61,342 nucleotides of DNA from Gracilinanus agilis (lineage: Eukaryota), in assembly GCF_016433145.1 (NCBI RefSeq), contig NC_058131.1, positions 591,757,626 to 591,818,967 on the forward strand, given 5' to 3'. The translations under genes were made by a program, and so were the position numbers. Shown here in pieces: positions 37,971-50,369 of the stretch; within the stretch, counting starts at the first letter, position 1, and the number at the start of each line of letters is the position of its first letter. The notes beneath the pieces are model-generated. The model did no database searches. It saw only the letters and a list, made by a program, of their open reading frames with translations, and was not told the DNA's origin.

Positions 37971-38655
37971 AGAGTGCTAAAAGAATGCCTGCCCTTTGAT
38001 CCAGCCATATCATTGCTGGGTTTGTACCCCAAAGAGATCATAGATAAAAATATTTGTACAAAAATATTTATAGCCACGCTTTTTGTGGTGGCAAAAACCT
38101 GGAAAATGAGGGTATGCCCTTCTATTGGGGAATGGCTGAACAAATTGTGGTATATGATGGTGATGGAATAGTACTGTGATCAAAGGAATAATAAACTGGA
38201 GGAATTCCATGTGAACTGGAAAGACCTCCAGGAATTGATGCAGAGTGAAAGGAGCAGAGCCAGAAGAACATTGTACAAAGAGACCAATACACTGTGGTAA
38301 AATCGAATGTAATGGACTTCTGTACTAGCAGCAATGCAATGAACAGGACAATTCTGAGGGACTTATGGAAAAGAATGCTACCCACATTCAGAGGAAGAAC
38401 TGTAGGAGTGGAAACACAGAAGAAAAACAACTGCTTGAACGCATGGGTTTATGTGGACATGATTGGGGATGTAGACTTGAAATGACCACACCAATGTAAC
38501 TAACAATGATATGGAAATAAATCTTGATAGATGAGACATATTAAAACCAGTGGAAATGCGTGTAGGCTATGGGAGGGGTACTGAGGGGCTGAAGGAGAAA
38601 GTAAGAACATGAATCATGTAACCATGGAAAATTTTTCTAAAAAATTAAAAAATTA
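37971..38655 (+). mobile_element. 5'-truncated opossum L1 (end of ORF2 and 3'UTR)
   Basis: LKECLPFDPAISLLGLYPKEII...CPSIGEWLNKLWYM; 14-bp TSD aaaaaatctttggt at 37957-37970 and 38656-38669. Confidence 0.95.
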
Positions 38656-39545
38656 AAAAAATCTTTGGTGAAAATAAAAATCATGTGTGTGAAATATGTG
38701 TATATATATATATATGTATTAACAATATATGTTGTCTTAGAAGCAAAAGAGGTAGTCCTTTTAGTTATAGGAGTCTAAAGAACAACTTATTTACTTAGTG
38801 ATTAATCAAATCATCCAAAAGTAGTTTAACATTTATACCACCGTTACTCATTATTATATGCTAGAATTTCACTATTTTTCATCAACTAATAGATATAAAT
38901 CTCAGTACTTTTATTATAAACTCCAAAATATTCTTGAGTATTCAATAAATAAATTGTATTGGAACTAAGCTTTACTACTGACAAAATTTTTGCACACTAT
39001 TATCCATACATGACATAAATTAAGAACAATATTTTAAAATATATTGCAATATATTTTTATTACTTTTATTGCATATTATTTATCATCTCCAAAATATATG
39101 AAATGAAACATTCCCCTAATAAAGTGACCTGGTAAGGAAATCAAAATGTGGAAAGAGGCAAAAATATTTATAATCTTTATCAAGTTATTGACTACTAGAA
39201 TTGCCTCAAAGAATATTTCAGTGATTTTTCAAAAGCTGAACTTATATCCTACCATTTTTGTTCAATTTAGCCAACCCCCAAATTTCTTTATCCTCTCATA
39301 CAATAGACTAATGAACATTTGGCATAAAATAAGATTAGTATAGTAATTTATCCCATATCCATTTCTTCCTAAATTCAATCTAATTATCAAGGTGGCAATA
39401 ATGAAAATTCATAATAACTTCCCTTAATGTCTAGCCAATGTATATGCCTTGTTAGGTTGGGGCAGAGAAAGAGGAAGTTTAATGGTAAAGTAGGAGCTGC
39501 TAGTCAAGGTGATATACATTGGGTACTTCTTCAAGGACTTTTTCT

Positions 39546-39734
39546 TTTTTTTTTATTTTAAACCCTTAACTTTTGTGTATTGACTTATAGGTGGAAGAGT
39601 AGTAAGGGTAGGCAATGGGAGTCAAGTGACTTGCCCAGGGTCACACAGCTGGGAAGTGTCTGAGGCCGGATTTGAACCTAGGACCTCTCGTCTCTAGGCT
39701 TGGCTCTCAATTCACTGAGCTACCCAGCTGCCCC
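39546..39734 (-). mobile_element. SINE1-type SINE (third tail variant)
   Basis: TSD ttcaagg(a/g)ctttttct at 39530 and 39735. Confidence 0.95.
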
Positions 39735-40914
39735 TTCAAGGGCTTTTTCTATCTGAGTTCTCTTGAATTATATTGAATCCTGAGGTCAAATTGAATGGCT
39801 CTGCTAAGGCAGTACTTACCTTGGTTTACCACAGCTAGGACATGTCAAGCATAAAACTATCAAGGAAAAAAATCAAAGTTGTGTATTTTATATATCTGAC
39901 AAAGTTTAATAGAAAGAACACATTTAAAGCAAACATTTTATACAATAGCATTATTAGCATATACTTTATAAGGGAAAATGGAGGACAATTCACTTATGTT
40001 CAAAAACATTCCAAGTAAAAGAAACATAGAAGGAGCCCATTGTCAAATAAGACTTTCTGAACAAACAAATTTTACTTCAAAAGGACTTAGTTCAGACTTA
40101 GAACAACTATATACTAGTAGATTAGTTAAATGCAATCCAAAGAGATTTATCTCTAAATGAAGTTTACCCACAAATGGAATCAAAAGGAGTTACATGGATA
40201 TCCATAGATGCTCAAACCATAGTATGTAAAAACGTGTACAACAAATGATTAACTCATGAAAATACTTCTAGAAACAGAGGAATTTTTGATGATTCAGAAT
40301 TAGGTTATGACCATCAGAATATATTGAAATATTTTCATTTAGGACCATTGCTGATAAATGCAGATTATGAAGGAAACACTCTTTACTGTTATTTTTCCAT
40401 GGGCTACAAAAATTTAGCTAGATAATTTACCAAATTATCTAGCAAGACATGACCTAGAGACCAGAATTATACATTGGAAAGTCACTATTATTCATGGGAT
40501 AACAGATGACAAATCCCAATATTTCAAATACAGACATCAAAATAATCCATGAGAAATAAACCAACAAATTTTACTAGAACCAGAGAATAATTGCAGATTA
40601 AAAATGTTGTTCTATAATCAGACATAACATTCATCCATTTAAGAAAGAAAAACCCCCTTAAAAACAGCATTTTTTATAAGGGCTTTCATGCCATATGGTC
40701 ATAATCTCAAAATTTCATGGAATAAAAAGCTTCTAAAATATAAGAATAAATCAAAGGACAAGATGAGGTTCTCAACAACTGCATTATCCTGTCTGCTGTT
40801 AGGAGTTGTACCAAAGCTGTTTTTGTGAGCTCAAAGATCACTCTATGCTTTATTAATAATATTCAAATACAAAAAGGTAATTATTTATTATACCTGTGCA
40901 AGAGTCTGCAGAGT

Positions 40915-41490
40915 CACCAGTTTCATGGTTTCATGCTTGCACAAATTCTAGATAATGGATGATGTTCTTTCTCTTTCCCAGCCAACAATCAAGTGGACCG
41001 GGAATATATAACTCCAAAGATTTTTAGTATAATATTTTCAGCAATATTGTCAGACACCTTCAGTGAGGATGAAAATGGCATCAAGGTCAGCTACTGTAAT
41101 TACAGTCAATTATTTAACTTAAAAATGCTATAAACCTAGACTGAAGTAGAAGAATTGGTACACAACTTTTTGTTCACAAATGATTGTGCACCCAATGCAT
41201 CCTCTGAGGTTTAGATAGAACAGAATATGGGTCGATTTTCTGCCATTTGTACTCATTTTGATTTCATAATTAACAACAACAACAAAAAAGTGGTTCTCCA
41301 CCAGTCAGCATTTTACCAACCTGTGGATAAATTTACTTACCTTGTCAGTATACTTTCCAGGGATGTACAAATGGATGATGAGGTTGCCAGAGCTAGCTCA
41401 GTGTTTGGGAGGTACCAAAGGAAACAGACGGAGATGAGTTATTGGGCTACTACCAAAGCAAAAGTCTACAAAGTCATTGCCTTAACCTCT
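40915..41490 (+). mobile_element. RTE-clade LINE reverse-transcriptase fragment (different lineage from 10560-11175)
   Basis: QFHGFMLAQILDNG*CS.SFP...IFSAIL...FLFTNDCAP (decayed LFADDCAL)...VDKFTYL..ILSRDVQMDDEV. Confidence 0.85.
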
Positions 41491-41499
41491 CCAAAATGG

Positions 41500-41705
41500 T
41501 TGGATTATTTGATATGGGGAGGGTGGCAAGGTAGGGACACTAGTGGACAGGATCTATTATATAGATATGAAGAAAAGTAAGTTAAATACATAGGAGATTT
41601 ATGATCTCATTTGTGTAGTGTCTTCTTTGTCTCTCTATATGGAAATGCTTGTTTTCTTTTGATTTGTAAACATTTGGAATAATGATAAAAAAAGGAAAAA
41701 AAGAC
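41500..41705 (+). mobile_element. Old L1 3'-terminal fragment
   Basis: gggagggtgg...tatatggaaatgcttgtttt...A-rich end. Confidence 0.45.
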
Positions 41706-42865
41706 ATTGTCATATGTCCATTGTAACACATGTATTAAATGTCAGAAGCAGCATTTGAATCCACATTTTTCTGATTGTGAGTACACTTGATTCTGTATTG
41801 TTTGTAGTATAATACTTTTACTTTTTTTTAATAATTTTTATTTTTTAGAAAAGTTATCATGGGTACATGATTCATGTTCTTACTTTCTCCTTCACTCCCT
41901 GACCTCCTTCCACCCTCCCCATAACCGATGCGCATTTACCCTGGTTTTAACATGTGTCATCAATCAAGACTTATTTCCAAATTGTTGTTAGTTGCATTGG
42001 TGTGGTAGTTTCGAGTCTACATCCCCAATCATGTCCACCTCAACCCATGTATTCAAGCAGTTGTTTTTCTTCTGTGTTTCCACTCCTGTAGTTCTTCCTC
42101 TAAATGTGGGTAGCGTTCTTTTCCATAAATCCCTCAGAATTGTCCTGGGTCATTGCATTGCTGCTAGTACAGAAGTCCATTACATTCGATTTTACCACAG
42201 TGTATCAGTCTCTGTGTACAATGTTCTTTTGGCTCTGCTTCTTTCACTCTGCATCAGTTCCTGGAGGTCTTTTCAGTTCACATGGAATTCCTCCAGTTTA
42301 TTATTCCTTTTAGCACAATAGTATTCCATCACCAGCATATACCACAGGTTGTTCAGCCATTCCCCAATTGAAGGACATACCCTCCTTTTCCAGTTTTTTG
42401 CCAACCCAAAAAGCGCAGGTATAAATTTTTTCATACAAGTCTGTTCATCTATGATCTCTTTGGGATACAACCCCAACAATGGTATGGCTGGATCAAAAAA
42501 AGAATGGCAGGCATTCTTTTATAGCCCTTTGAGCGTAGTTCCAAAGTCCCATCCAGAATGGTTGGATCGGTTCACAATTCCACCAGCAATGCATTAGTGT
42601 CCCAATTTGGCCACATCTCCTCCAACATTCATTACTCTCCCCTTCTTTCATTTTAGCCAATCTTCTAGGTGTGAGGTGATACCACAGCATTGTTTTGATT
42701 TGCTTTCTCTAATTATTAGAGATTCAGAGCACTTTCTCATGTGCTTATTGATATTTTTGATTTCTTTATCTGAAAATTGCCTATTCATGTCCCTTGCCCA
42801 TTTATCGATTGGGGAATGGCTTGATTTTTTACACAGTTGATTTAGCTCCTTGTATATTTGAGTAA

Positions 42866-43033
42866 TTAGACCCTGTCAGAGTTTTTTGTTATAAAGATTT
42901 TTTCCCAATTTGTTGTTTCCCTTCTGATTTTGGTTGCATTGTTTTTGTTTGTAGAAAAGCTTTTTAATTTAGTATAATCAATCATCCCATACACAGTCAA
43001 AGTTATAATTATCAGTTGTGTATTCCCCAACAT
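42866..43033 (-). pseudogene. Fused mini-ORF2 (17 N-terminal codons joined to C-terminal region), 55 codons to a frameshift stop
   Basis: MLGNTQLIIITLTVYGM|IDYTKLKSFSTNKNNATKIRRETTNWEKIFITKNSDRV* translated by hand. Confidence 0.85.
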
Positions 43034-43735
43034 TTTGGTATCCTCTCTTAGTTCTATCCATTCTTCTTAGGCTATTTCCTTTTAAACCAGTGGTTTGCTT
43101 TATGCCAGTAACCCTTGTCCCCTCCCTTGATTTACTACCCTTTCTACCCCCTCCCTTGTTGTTCCCCTCTTTTTATTTTTAAGGCCTAATGAATTCCCTT
43201 TCCCTTCTCTTCCCCTCCCTTTTTTTGACATCCCCACACCTCTGCTCCCCTTGGTTTATCCCTTCTGATTTTCTCAGTAGGGTTAGATATAGTTCTATAT
43301 CTCAATGAATATTGCTACTCTTCCCTCTCAGGGTTAATTCCACTGAGAGTAAGGTTTACATATTACCTCTTAATGCTCTCTTCTTCTCCTTCTTATAATA
43401 GTATTCATCCCCTCCCCTTCCCATGACCTCTTTGTGTGTAATACTATATCCTATTTTTCTTATTCATTCAAGTTTCTCTTGGTGTCCTCTACTCTTCACC
43501 CCCTTCTTTCCCACCCACCCTCATATCATCTTAGACCATTTAGCACTCCAGCCTCTCCTTGTGAATAATTCTTCTAATTTCTATAGTAGTAGATACTATA
43601 ATAGTGAATTGAGTTCACTACAGAGAATTACACATAACATGTCTCCATACAGGAATACAAACAATTAGATCTTATTGAAGCCCTTAGAGAGGCAAATTTT
43701 AAAATAAGAGTTTTCTTTCTTTCCCCTCTGTTTCT

Positions 43736-44920
43736 TATTTACCTTTTCATGTTTACCATGGTTTTTGTGGTTGGATATCAAACTTTTCATTTAGTCCTGG
43801 TCTTTTCTGTGCAAATAGTTGGAAATATTTTATCTTGTTGAATGCCCATACTTTCCCCTGGAAGTATATAGTCAGTTTTTATGGGTAGGTGATCCTTGGT
43901 TGTAAACCCAGTTCTCTTGCCTTTCTGAATATCATATTCCAAGCCTTGAGGTCTTGTAGTGTGGAGGCTGCCAGTTCCTGTGTGATCCTGATTGGTGCTC
44001 CTTGATATCTGAATTGTCTCTTTCTGGCTTTTTGTAAAATTTTTTTCTTTTACTTGGAAGCTCTTGAATTTGGCTATTATATTCCTGGGGGTTGTCTTTT
44101 CAGGGTTAAGTGTAGAGAGCGATGTATGGATTTTTTCAATGTATGTATTGCCCTCTTGTTGTAGAACTTCAGGGCAATTTTGCTGAATAATTTCCTTTAG
44201 TGTGGAGTCCAAATTTCTATTAATTTCTGCTTTTTCAGGAAGACCAATGATTCTCAGATTATCTCTTCTAGACCTGTTTTCTTGATCTTTCAATTTCTCA
44301 GTGATATATTTCATGTTTCCTTCTATTTTATCAGTCTTTTGACTTTGCTTTATTTTGTTGTCTTGAGAGATCATTGGTTTCTACTTGACCAATTCTTATC
44401 TTCAGAGACTGGTTTTCTGCTATATTCTTTTGATTTCCCTTTTCGATCTGGTCTATCCTGTTTTCCAGCTGTTTTATTTTGGTCTCCAATTTGCTCATTA
44501 ATTCTTTTGATTTGCCCAATTCTAGCTTTTAGAGACTGGTTTTTGGCTATAATATTTTGGTTTTTCCTTTTGAATCTGGTCTGTTTGGTTCTTCAAGGCT
44601 TCCAGCTGGTCATTTCTGGTCTTCATTTTGCTTATCAATTCATTTGATTTCTGAGTCTCACTTTCTAATTGCAAAATTCTGCCTTTTAAACTGTTATTTT
44701 CTTGCCAGTTCTCTACCATCTTTCTCATAATCTCAGATTTGAACTTTTCAAAAGCTTGTGACCAGTTTTCATTTTTTTAGGAAGGTTTAGATATGATTAC
44801 TTGTTTGTTCTCCTCTGCTGTTTGCTCTGTTGTCTGGATTTTTTCTGTGTAAAAGTTGTCAAGTGTTAAAGATTTCTTCTTGATCTTTCTCTTCTGGGGT
44901 TCTTGTCTCTGGCTTGCCAT
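43736..44920 (-). pseudogene. L1 ORF1p, disrupted by frameshifts
   Basis: QENRSRRDNLRIIGLPE...TPRNIIAKFKSFQVKE in ORF 43787..44374; coiled-coil fragments in ORFs 44331..44519 and 44522..44728. Confidence 0.92.
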
Positions 44921-46730
44921 TGTTAGCCCAGCATGCTCTCAGCTTTATCCTTATGCCCAGGGTCTGTCTGCACTCTTTGGACTCCTGAGGTTTCAGGTCT
45001 AGTTGTTCTCAGGGTCAAGCCTCCTGGTGGTCCCCTTGCTTGTTCCTCTGCCCGAAGCTCCTTTATCAGTCTTTGGGCACTGCTTCCACAGTCGTGCACC
45101 CCTCTGCCCTGGGTCCCCACTCAAGGTCCACGCCTGACCTCAGGATCCCGGTCTGAAGCTGTGACCACGCCTGAGCTCAGGGTCTGTGTTCAAAATCCGC
45201 ATGTTCTTCAGCCTCTTGGGATCTTAAATCTTGCTGCTCTCAAGAGCAGGCCCTGGTCGCTGCCAGTGACTTAATGGGTGCCCCAAACTTGCTCTAAGTC
45301 TTTTGAGCTGGCTTTGGCATTGTAGGTTGGGGGAAAAGGGGGTTGCTCAGCTCGGGTTTTAGTGAGAGCCGTTTCACCCCTTTATAGCTTGGAAATGCCC
45401 CAATCCCACATACCTTTAATGCTGTGCCCTGTTGTGGGGTCCCTTCATTCTTCTGGATTTGTTTTTTTGTCTTCTTGAGGAGTCCTGTATGTGTCACTTT
45501 TAATTTTTGTAACCAATCCTCCACTATTTATGACAATATTGAAATTCAGGAATAATCAGCAAAAACTGGGATAGAGAGATGAAGGTAATGAAACTACGAT
45601 AATAAAGAATTGTATACCAGCTTTGATGCCACTGGGAAATTTAGGCCTCTTTATGAAAAAATTTGCTTGACTGAGATGCTGCATTGAAATAGCAGAAACC
45701 ACAGGTACAGTTCAATACATTGTTAAAACAACTGGAGGGGGGAAAAAGTTAAACCTTTTTGTTTTTCAATTTGCTCTAGGCTTTCTAATTTAGACTTTCC
45801 ACTATGTAGTATGGGTAATTCAACTCTCTTGTCAGCTATTATAGACCTCACAGAAATCAAATTCAGCCTTTCCCACTGCCACTCTTTTATCCTCATGTTC
45901 TTCCTAACAGGATGTTCCTGTCAAGAGAAATGATGCTTTTGTCTAAAATGCTTCAGTTTTGTCTCTCTCTGACTGAAGGAAAAGGTTCCTGTGATATATT
46001 TCTGAAAGGAGTGAGGAAAGTGAAGTGATATTTCTTACCTTTGAGCCTCACCCAGAATAGATGTGACCCATGAAACAGCCCATATAACTCCCTAGAATAG
46101 CACACTACAATTGCTTAAATGGCTGGGGTAGTCATTTGGGGGTTAGAGCCCTATTCATGCAACACCGCTTCTCCTCTCTGATGCTACTTAAGTAGGAAAA
46201 GGCACCCAAAGGACATCATGTATCTCTGCCATCTACAAGAAGTAGTGGGAGACTGCCAGGATATTGAACACATTTGGAAATTAGCTCTCAGAACTGATGG
46301 CCAATAAGAGAAAGAGGCGCTAATACAATGTGCCAAACAAATACATAACCAAAAACAGCCATCCAGAAACCTAGGCTCTAGGTAAAGTTCTTTTATTAAC
46401 TAAATGGATGATAGAGAGTAAATCCCTTCACTTCTCAAGTCCTTAGTTTTCTCATCAGCAAAATGGCAATAATCACACCTGCCCTGATCATCTCAAACTA
46501 AAGTGAAGAAAAAAATATAAAATATATACCTGAACATATTGTAAAATACAAGCCATTATCATGAGACAATTGCTTTTGATATTCTATCCTTACCCTGGTG
46601 ATTAGTCCCACCTACTGCTTTTCTGTGTCATTTCTCCCCTGGGACGGTAAGTCATCATACTCATTGGGGACCTGGATTTGTATTCTTTCCTTTTAGAATT
46701 ATTGCTGTGAGGATGAAATGAGATATTTAC

Positions 46731-46975
46731 TGTTGTTCAGTTGTTTTCACTCATGTCTGACTATCTATGACCCCTTTTGGGATTTTCTTGGGAAAAATTC
46801 TTAGGGTAGTTTGCCATTTCCTTCTCCAGCTCATTTTACAGATGAGCAAATAGAGGCAAATAGGATCAAGTATAATTTTCCCAAGGTTACCTAGCTAGTA
46901 AGAGTCTGAGGGTGAATTTGAACTCAGGTATTCCTGATTCCATGACTGGTACTCTATCCATGGCACCACCTAGCT
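46731..46975 (-). mobile_element. MAR1-type CORE-SINE
   Basis: tgttgttcagttgttttcactcatgtctgac...tttgccatttccttctccagctcattttacagatgag. Confidence 0.88.
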
Positions 46976-48017
46976 ATAATAAACAAAATATAATCCGAAT
47001 TTTCACCACGCCTCATCTAAATACACAATGAAAGGAATAGACCCATAAACTCTGATTTCCTTCTGTCTATTAAAAGAAGAAAATCTTAGCAGTCTATAGC
47101 CTCTAATTCCAAACTTTAAAATTATCACTGTTTATAAGGTGGGAAGAATGCCTCCTATCCATTATAACAGCCCAGTAAAATGTTCTCTTTATCACTAGAA
47201 TACATGATTCTCATTCCATGAGTCACCATCAGACTAGTCCCCAAAAATTCAGGGAAAGGAAAAGTTGATATAGTCAGGCTCTTCTGGGACCAGTGGAAAA
47301 GAAACTGTTTGCTGGGGGTGGGGAGTAGCAGGGAGCGGGGTAACAGATTTGGAGTAATTTAAGGGGAATGATAAGGAACAGAAGTAGATTTTTTTAAAAT
47401 AAGCAGTCTATTTTCTTAAAAAAATTCTGACATAAAATTGAGCATTTTAGGGGTATTTAACACAAATGAAAATTTTTATGAAAAATGGGTTGGTGATGGG
47501 CCTAACTTCAGGCCCAAGACCTTTTTCAAGGTCAATGATTGAAGTGCTCTAGCACCATTAACTAGGCTCTTGCTTATAAAGCTTGAGTTTTGACTGCTGA
47601 AGAGTTTTAAGCTATTCAATGAAAGTCCCTTGTCATGTTCATTTTCCAAAGGATATAATTTCCCATCCAAACTGTAACATACCAACTTTCAAAGGAAGCT
47701 ACCGTGGGTAGGTGGTGATGGCAGTGTGTTTCCTAACTGGTGATTAGCAAATTTATTGCATGATAAACCTTTTTCAGAGCATTTTTGAAAAATAAAAACA
47801 TGCTTCATCCCAAGTAATTAGTTGCTCTTTACCTCCAACAAACTGTAATTTTTATTCCTTTTACCCAAGTCCATTTATTAGGAAAGAGAGTTAGCAAGCA
47901 TTTATGCTTTTGTGTTTATCTTGCAATAGAAATATGGCATAAAAAACCTGCTATGAGAATTCTGAATGCTGTTATATTTTAAAATCCACATTAATTATAT
48001 ACCCATTTATCTCAGAA

Positions 48018-48459
48018 NNNNNNNNNNNNNNNNNNNNNNNNNNNNNNNNNNNNNNNNNNNNNNNNNNNNNNNNNNNNNNNNNNNNNNNNNNNNNNNNNNN
48101 NNNNNNNNNNNNNNNNNNNNNNNNNNNNNNNNNNNNNNNNNNNNNNNNNNNNNNNNNNNNNNNNNNNNNNNNNNNNNNNNNNNNNNNNNNNNNNNNNNNN
48201 NNNNNNNNNNNNNNNNNNNNNNNNNNNNNNNNNNNNNNNNNNNNNNNNNNNNNNNNNNNNNNNNNNNNNNNNNNNNNNNNNNNNNNNNNNNAAAGNNNNN
48301 NNNNNNNNNNNNNNNNNNNNNNNNNNNNNNNNNNNNNNNNNNNNNNNNNNNNNNNNNNNNNNNNNNNNNNNNNNNNNNNNNNNNNNNNNNNNNNNNNNNN
48401 NNNNNNNNNNNNNNNNNNNNNNNNNNNNNNNNNNNNNNNNNNNNNNNNNNNNNNNNNNN
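48018..48459. other. N-run (274 N, aaag, 164 N)
   Basis: Seen directly. Confidence 0.98.
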
Positions 48460-49489
48460 AAAAGCATCTGGGACTACCTGTAGTCTAAAGAGGTAGGAGA
48501 TTGGGGCTGGGAACCAAAGAGAATATGGTTTCATCTTCTAACTCTTCATTTACTTAAGCAGTGTATTTGTGGTGGACAGATGATCTCAGTGGCTATAGTC
48601 ACTGAAATTTTAGCACAACACTTTCAAAAGGATGAAAAAAAAAGTCTAAACCTCCCAATCCTAATACCCTCCCTTGAATGAAAAAGAATTCCCCCTGGTG
48701 TCCAAAATAAGAGTTACAATAACTTCCTAAATAGAGAAAGAACTCCTTTGTCCTCTTATCAATGTCAAAATATGAATTTATTGCAAAAGTGTAATCTACT
48801 ACTCACTCTTCCTCTGATTTAGAGATACAAAAAGTCCTTGTCACTCTAGCATTTTTATAAGAATGCTACAGAAAAAAATGTAAGAAGGAAAGAAATATCC
48901 CCTGATTTGCCTTCAACTCAAATCACCCTGGATTATATGTAATGAAGAAAGATTGAGAAATCAAATGTATAAGTACCATAGATCTTAGTGAAAATTGCCT
49001 GTCCACACTGAAAAAAAATAAATTCAAAACTATTCCTGAACAATACTAGAATTTCCATTTATAGTTTGGAATTAGCAGAAGCTTCCATGTGAAAGCCAGG
49101 ATCATAGATTTAGAGCCAAAAGGGATTTTAAGAGGATACAGAGGCTAACCTTCTTATGTTATATATGAGAAAACTGACACAGAGAAGTTAATAGATTCTT
49201 CTTGGCTGGTAAAAGAAACATTTGGGTACACAAACTATGCTTTTTTTTAATTTGACTAATAAGTCTGAGGCAGAATTGGAACAGAAGTTTTCCTGTTTTT
49301 GATTTCAAGACCTTATCAATTACACTATAGTCATGTAGTATGTCCCTAAAAAAGTAATGAAGGACAATCGATTGACTTTCCTTAAGAAGGATGAACACTT
49401 CTAACACTTTAAGAAATTGTGAACATAGAAACAAAATTATTATGTGGAGTAGTGAAAGGGCTACCATATTGAAAATTGGAAGAAATGGT

Positions 49490-49620
49490 TTGAAATTAAA
49501 TCTTGATTACTTACTTGTGGGACCCTGGGCAATCTCTTCATCTCTGTAGGCTTCATTTTTCTCATAGATAAAAAAGAAGGATTAAACTTGGTAATCTGCA
49601 AGAGTAAATATGAAAAAAAA
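49490..49620 (+). mobile_element. MIR fragment
   Basis: accctgggcaatctcttcatctctgtaggcttcatttttctcatagataaa. Confidence 0.5.
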
Positions 49621-50369
49621 ATAGAACTATAAGAAAAGGGCCATTTTGGCTTCTCCTGACCAGAGAGTTGCTTTAATAAACACTCAGTATATAATAAAGT
49701 AAAAGTAGGCAATGGAGCAAAGCTGACCAAGTTGTGAAGAGAAGAAAGGGGGTCATCAGTTATTATAACCATTTATACTTTCCAATATCTTCTCCCCTAT
49801 CCCCAAGTACTCACTGCTCTAATGGAGCCCCCCTCTCTTTCTTTTGAAATAAATCCATCTAATACTACATTATACTTTCCCATAAAATATCTTGATAAGG
49901 GATTACCTCTTTAATACGTATCAATTTATTAGGTGGAAAAATTCTAGACCCAGTCTCAGAAGATCTGGGATATCTTACCGCTATCTCTGTGATTCAAGAG
50001 GCATTGCCAGTCCCCTAAGTCCGCAGGGCCTCAGTTTTATCACACATTATATAAGATGTGGACACTAAACTAGATAACACTAAATTTCTAACATAATATG
50101 ATTCTGTGAACCTAAAGGGAAGAATCAAAACAGAAATGACCACCTCCTAAACCTAGCAAGATGATGCAGGTTTTTCTTCCTCACTTTTATCTCCTGGCTT
50201 CCTTCAAGCTCAAAATCCCAAACCATTTTTTTCAGGAAGGCTTTCTCCTTCCATACCCTGTTTCCAATACTTTCCCTCTGAGATTCCTTTCCATCTACTC
50301 TATATATCTTGCATTTATGTAGTTATTTGCATACTATTTTCTCCATTAGAACTCAAGCTTAAATTTATC

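Larger units (their letters stand above)
41821..45490 (-). mobile_element. Opossum L1 with 5'UTR, ORF1, spacer, internally deleted ORF2, 3'UTR and poly(A)
   Basis: ORF1 starts at ATG 44920 (MASQRQEPQKRKIKKKSLTLDNFY); ORF2 ATG at 43033 joins the C-terminal region at ~42982; 3' poly(A) at 41821. Confidence 0.93.

Noticed and set aside
39820-39834. 15-nt microexon candidate with strong donor
   Set aside because: Indistinguishable from chance splice-site pairs without RNA data.
40894-40947. 54-nt minus-strand exon candidate (NLCKHETMKLVTLQTLAQ)
   Set aside because: Mostly the antisense of the RTE RT fragment.
45481-45510. TSD for the large minus-strand L1
   Set aside because: Only actttta matches the left flank (41814); too short and T-rich to trust, so the 5' boundary is approximate.
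44282-45524. ORFs 44282..44647, 44933..45274, 44923..45120 and 45294..45524
   Set aside because: Antisense or UTR read-throughs of the L1; cannot be supported as an ORF0-like product from sequence alone.
46039-46091. 53-nt minus-strand segment with strong donor (AAG|GTAAGA)
   Set aside because: Weak polypyrimidine tract, unrecognised peptides, no phase-compatible chain established.
47966-48534. ORFs of 151-176 aa across the second N-run
   Set aside because: Same N artefact.
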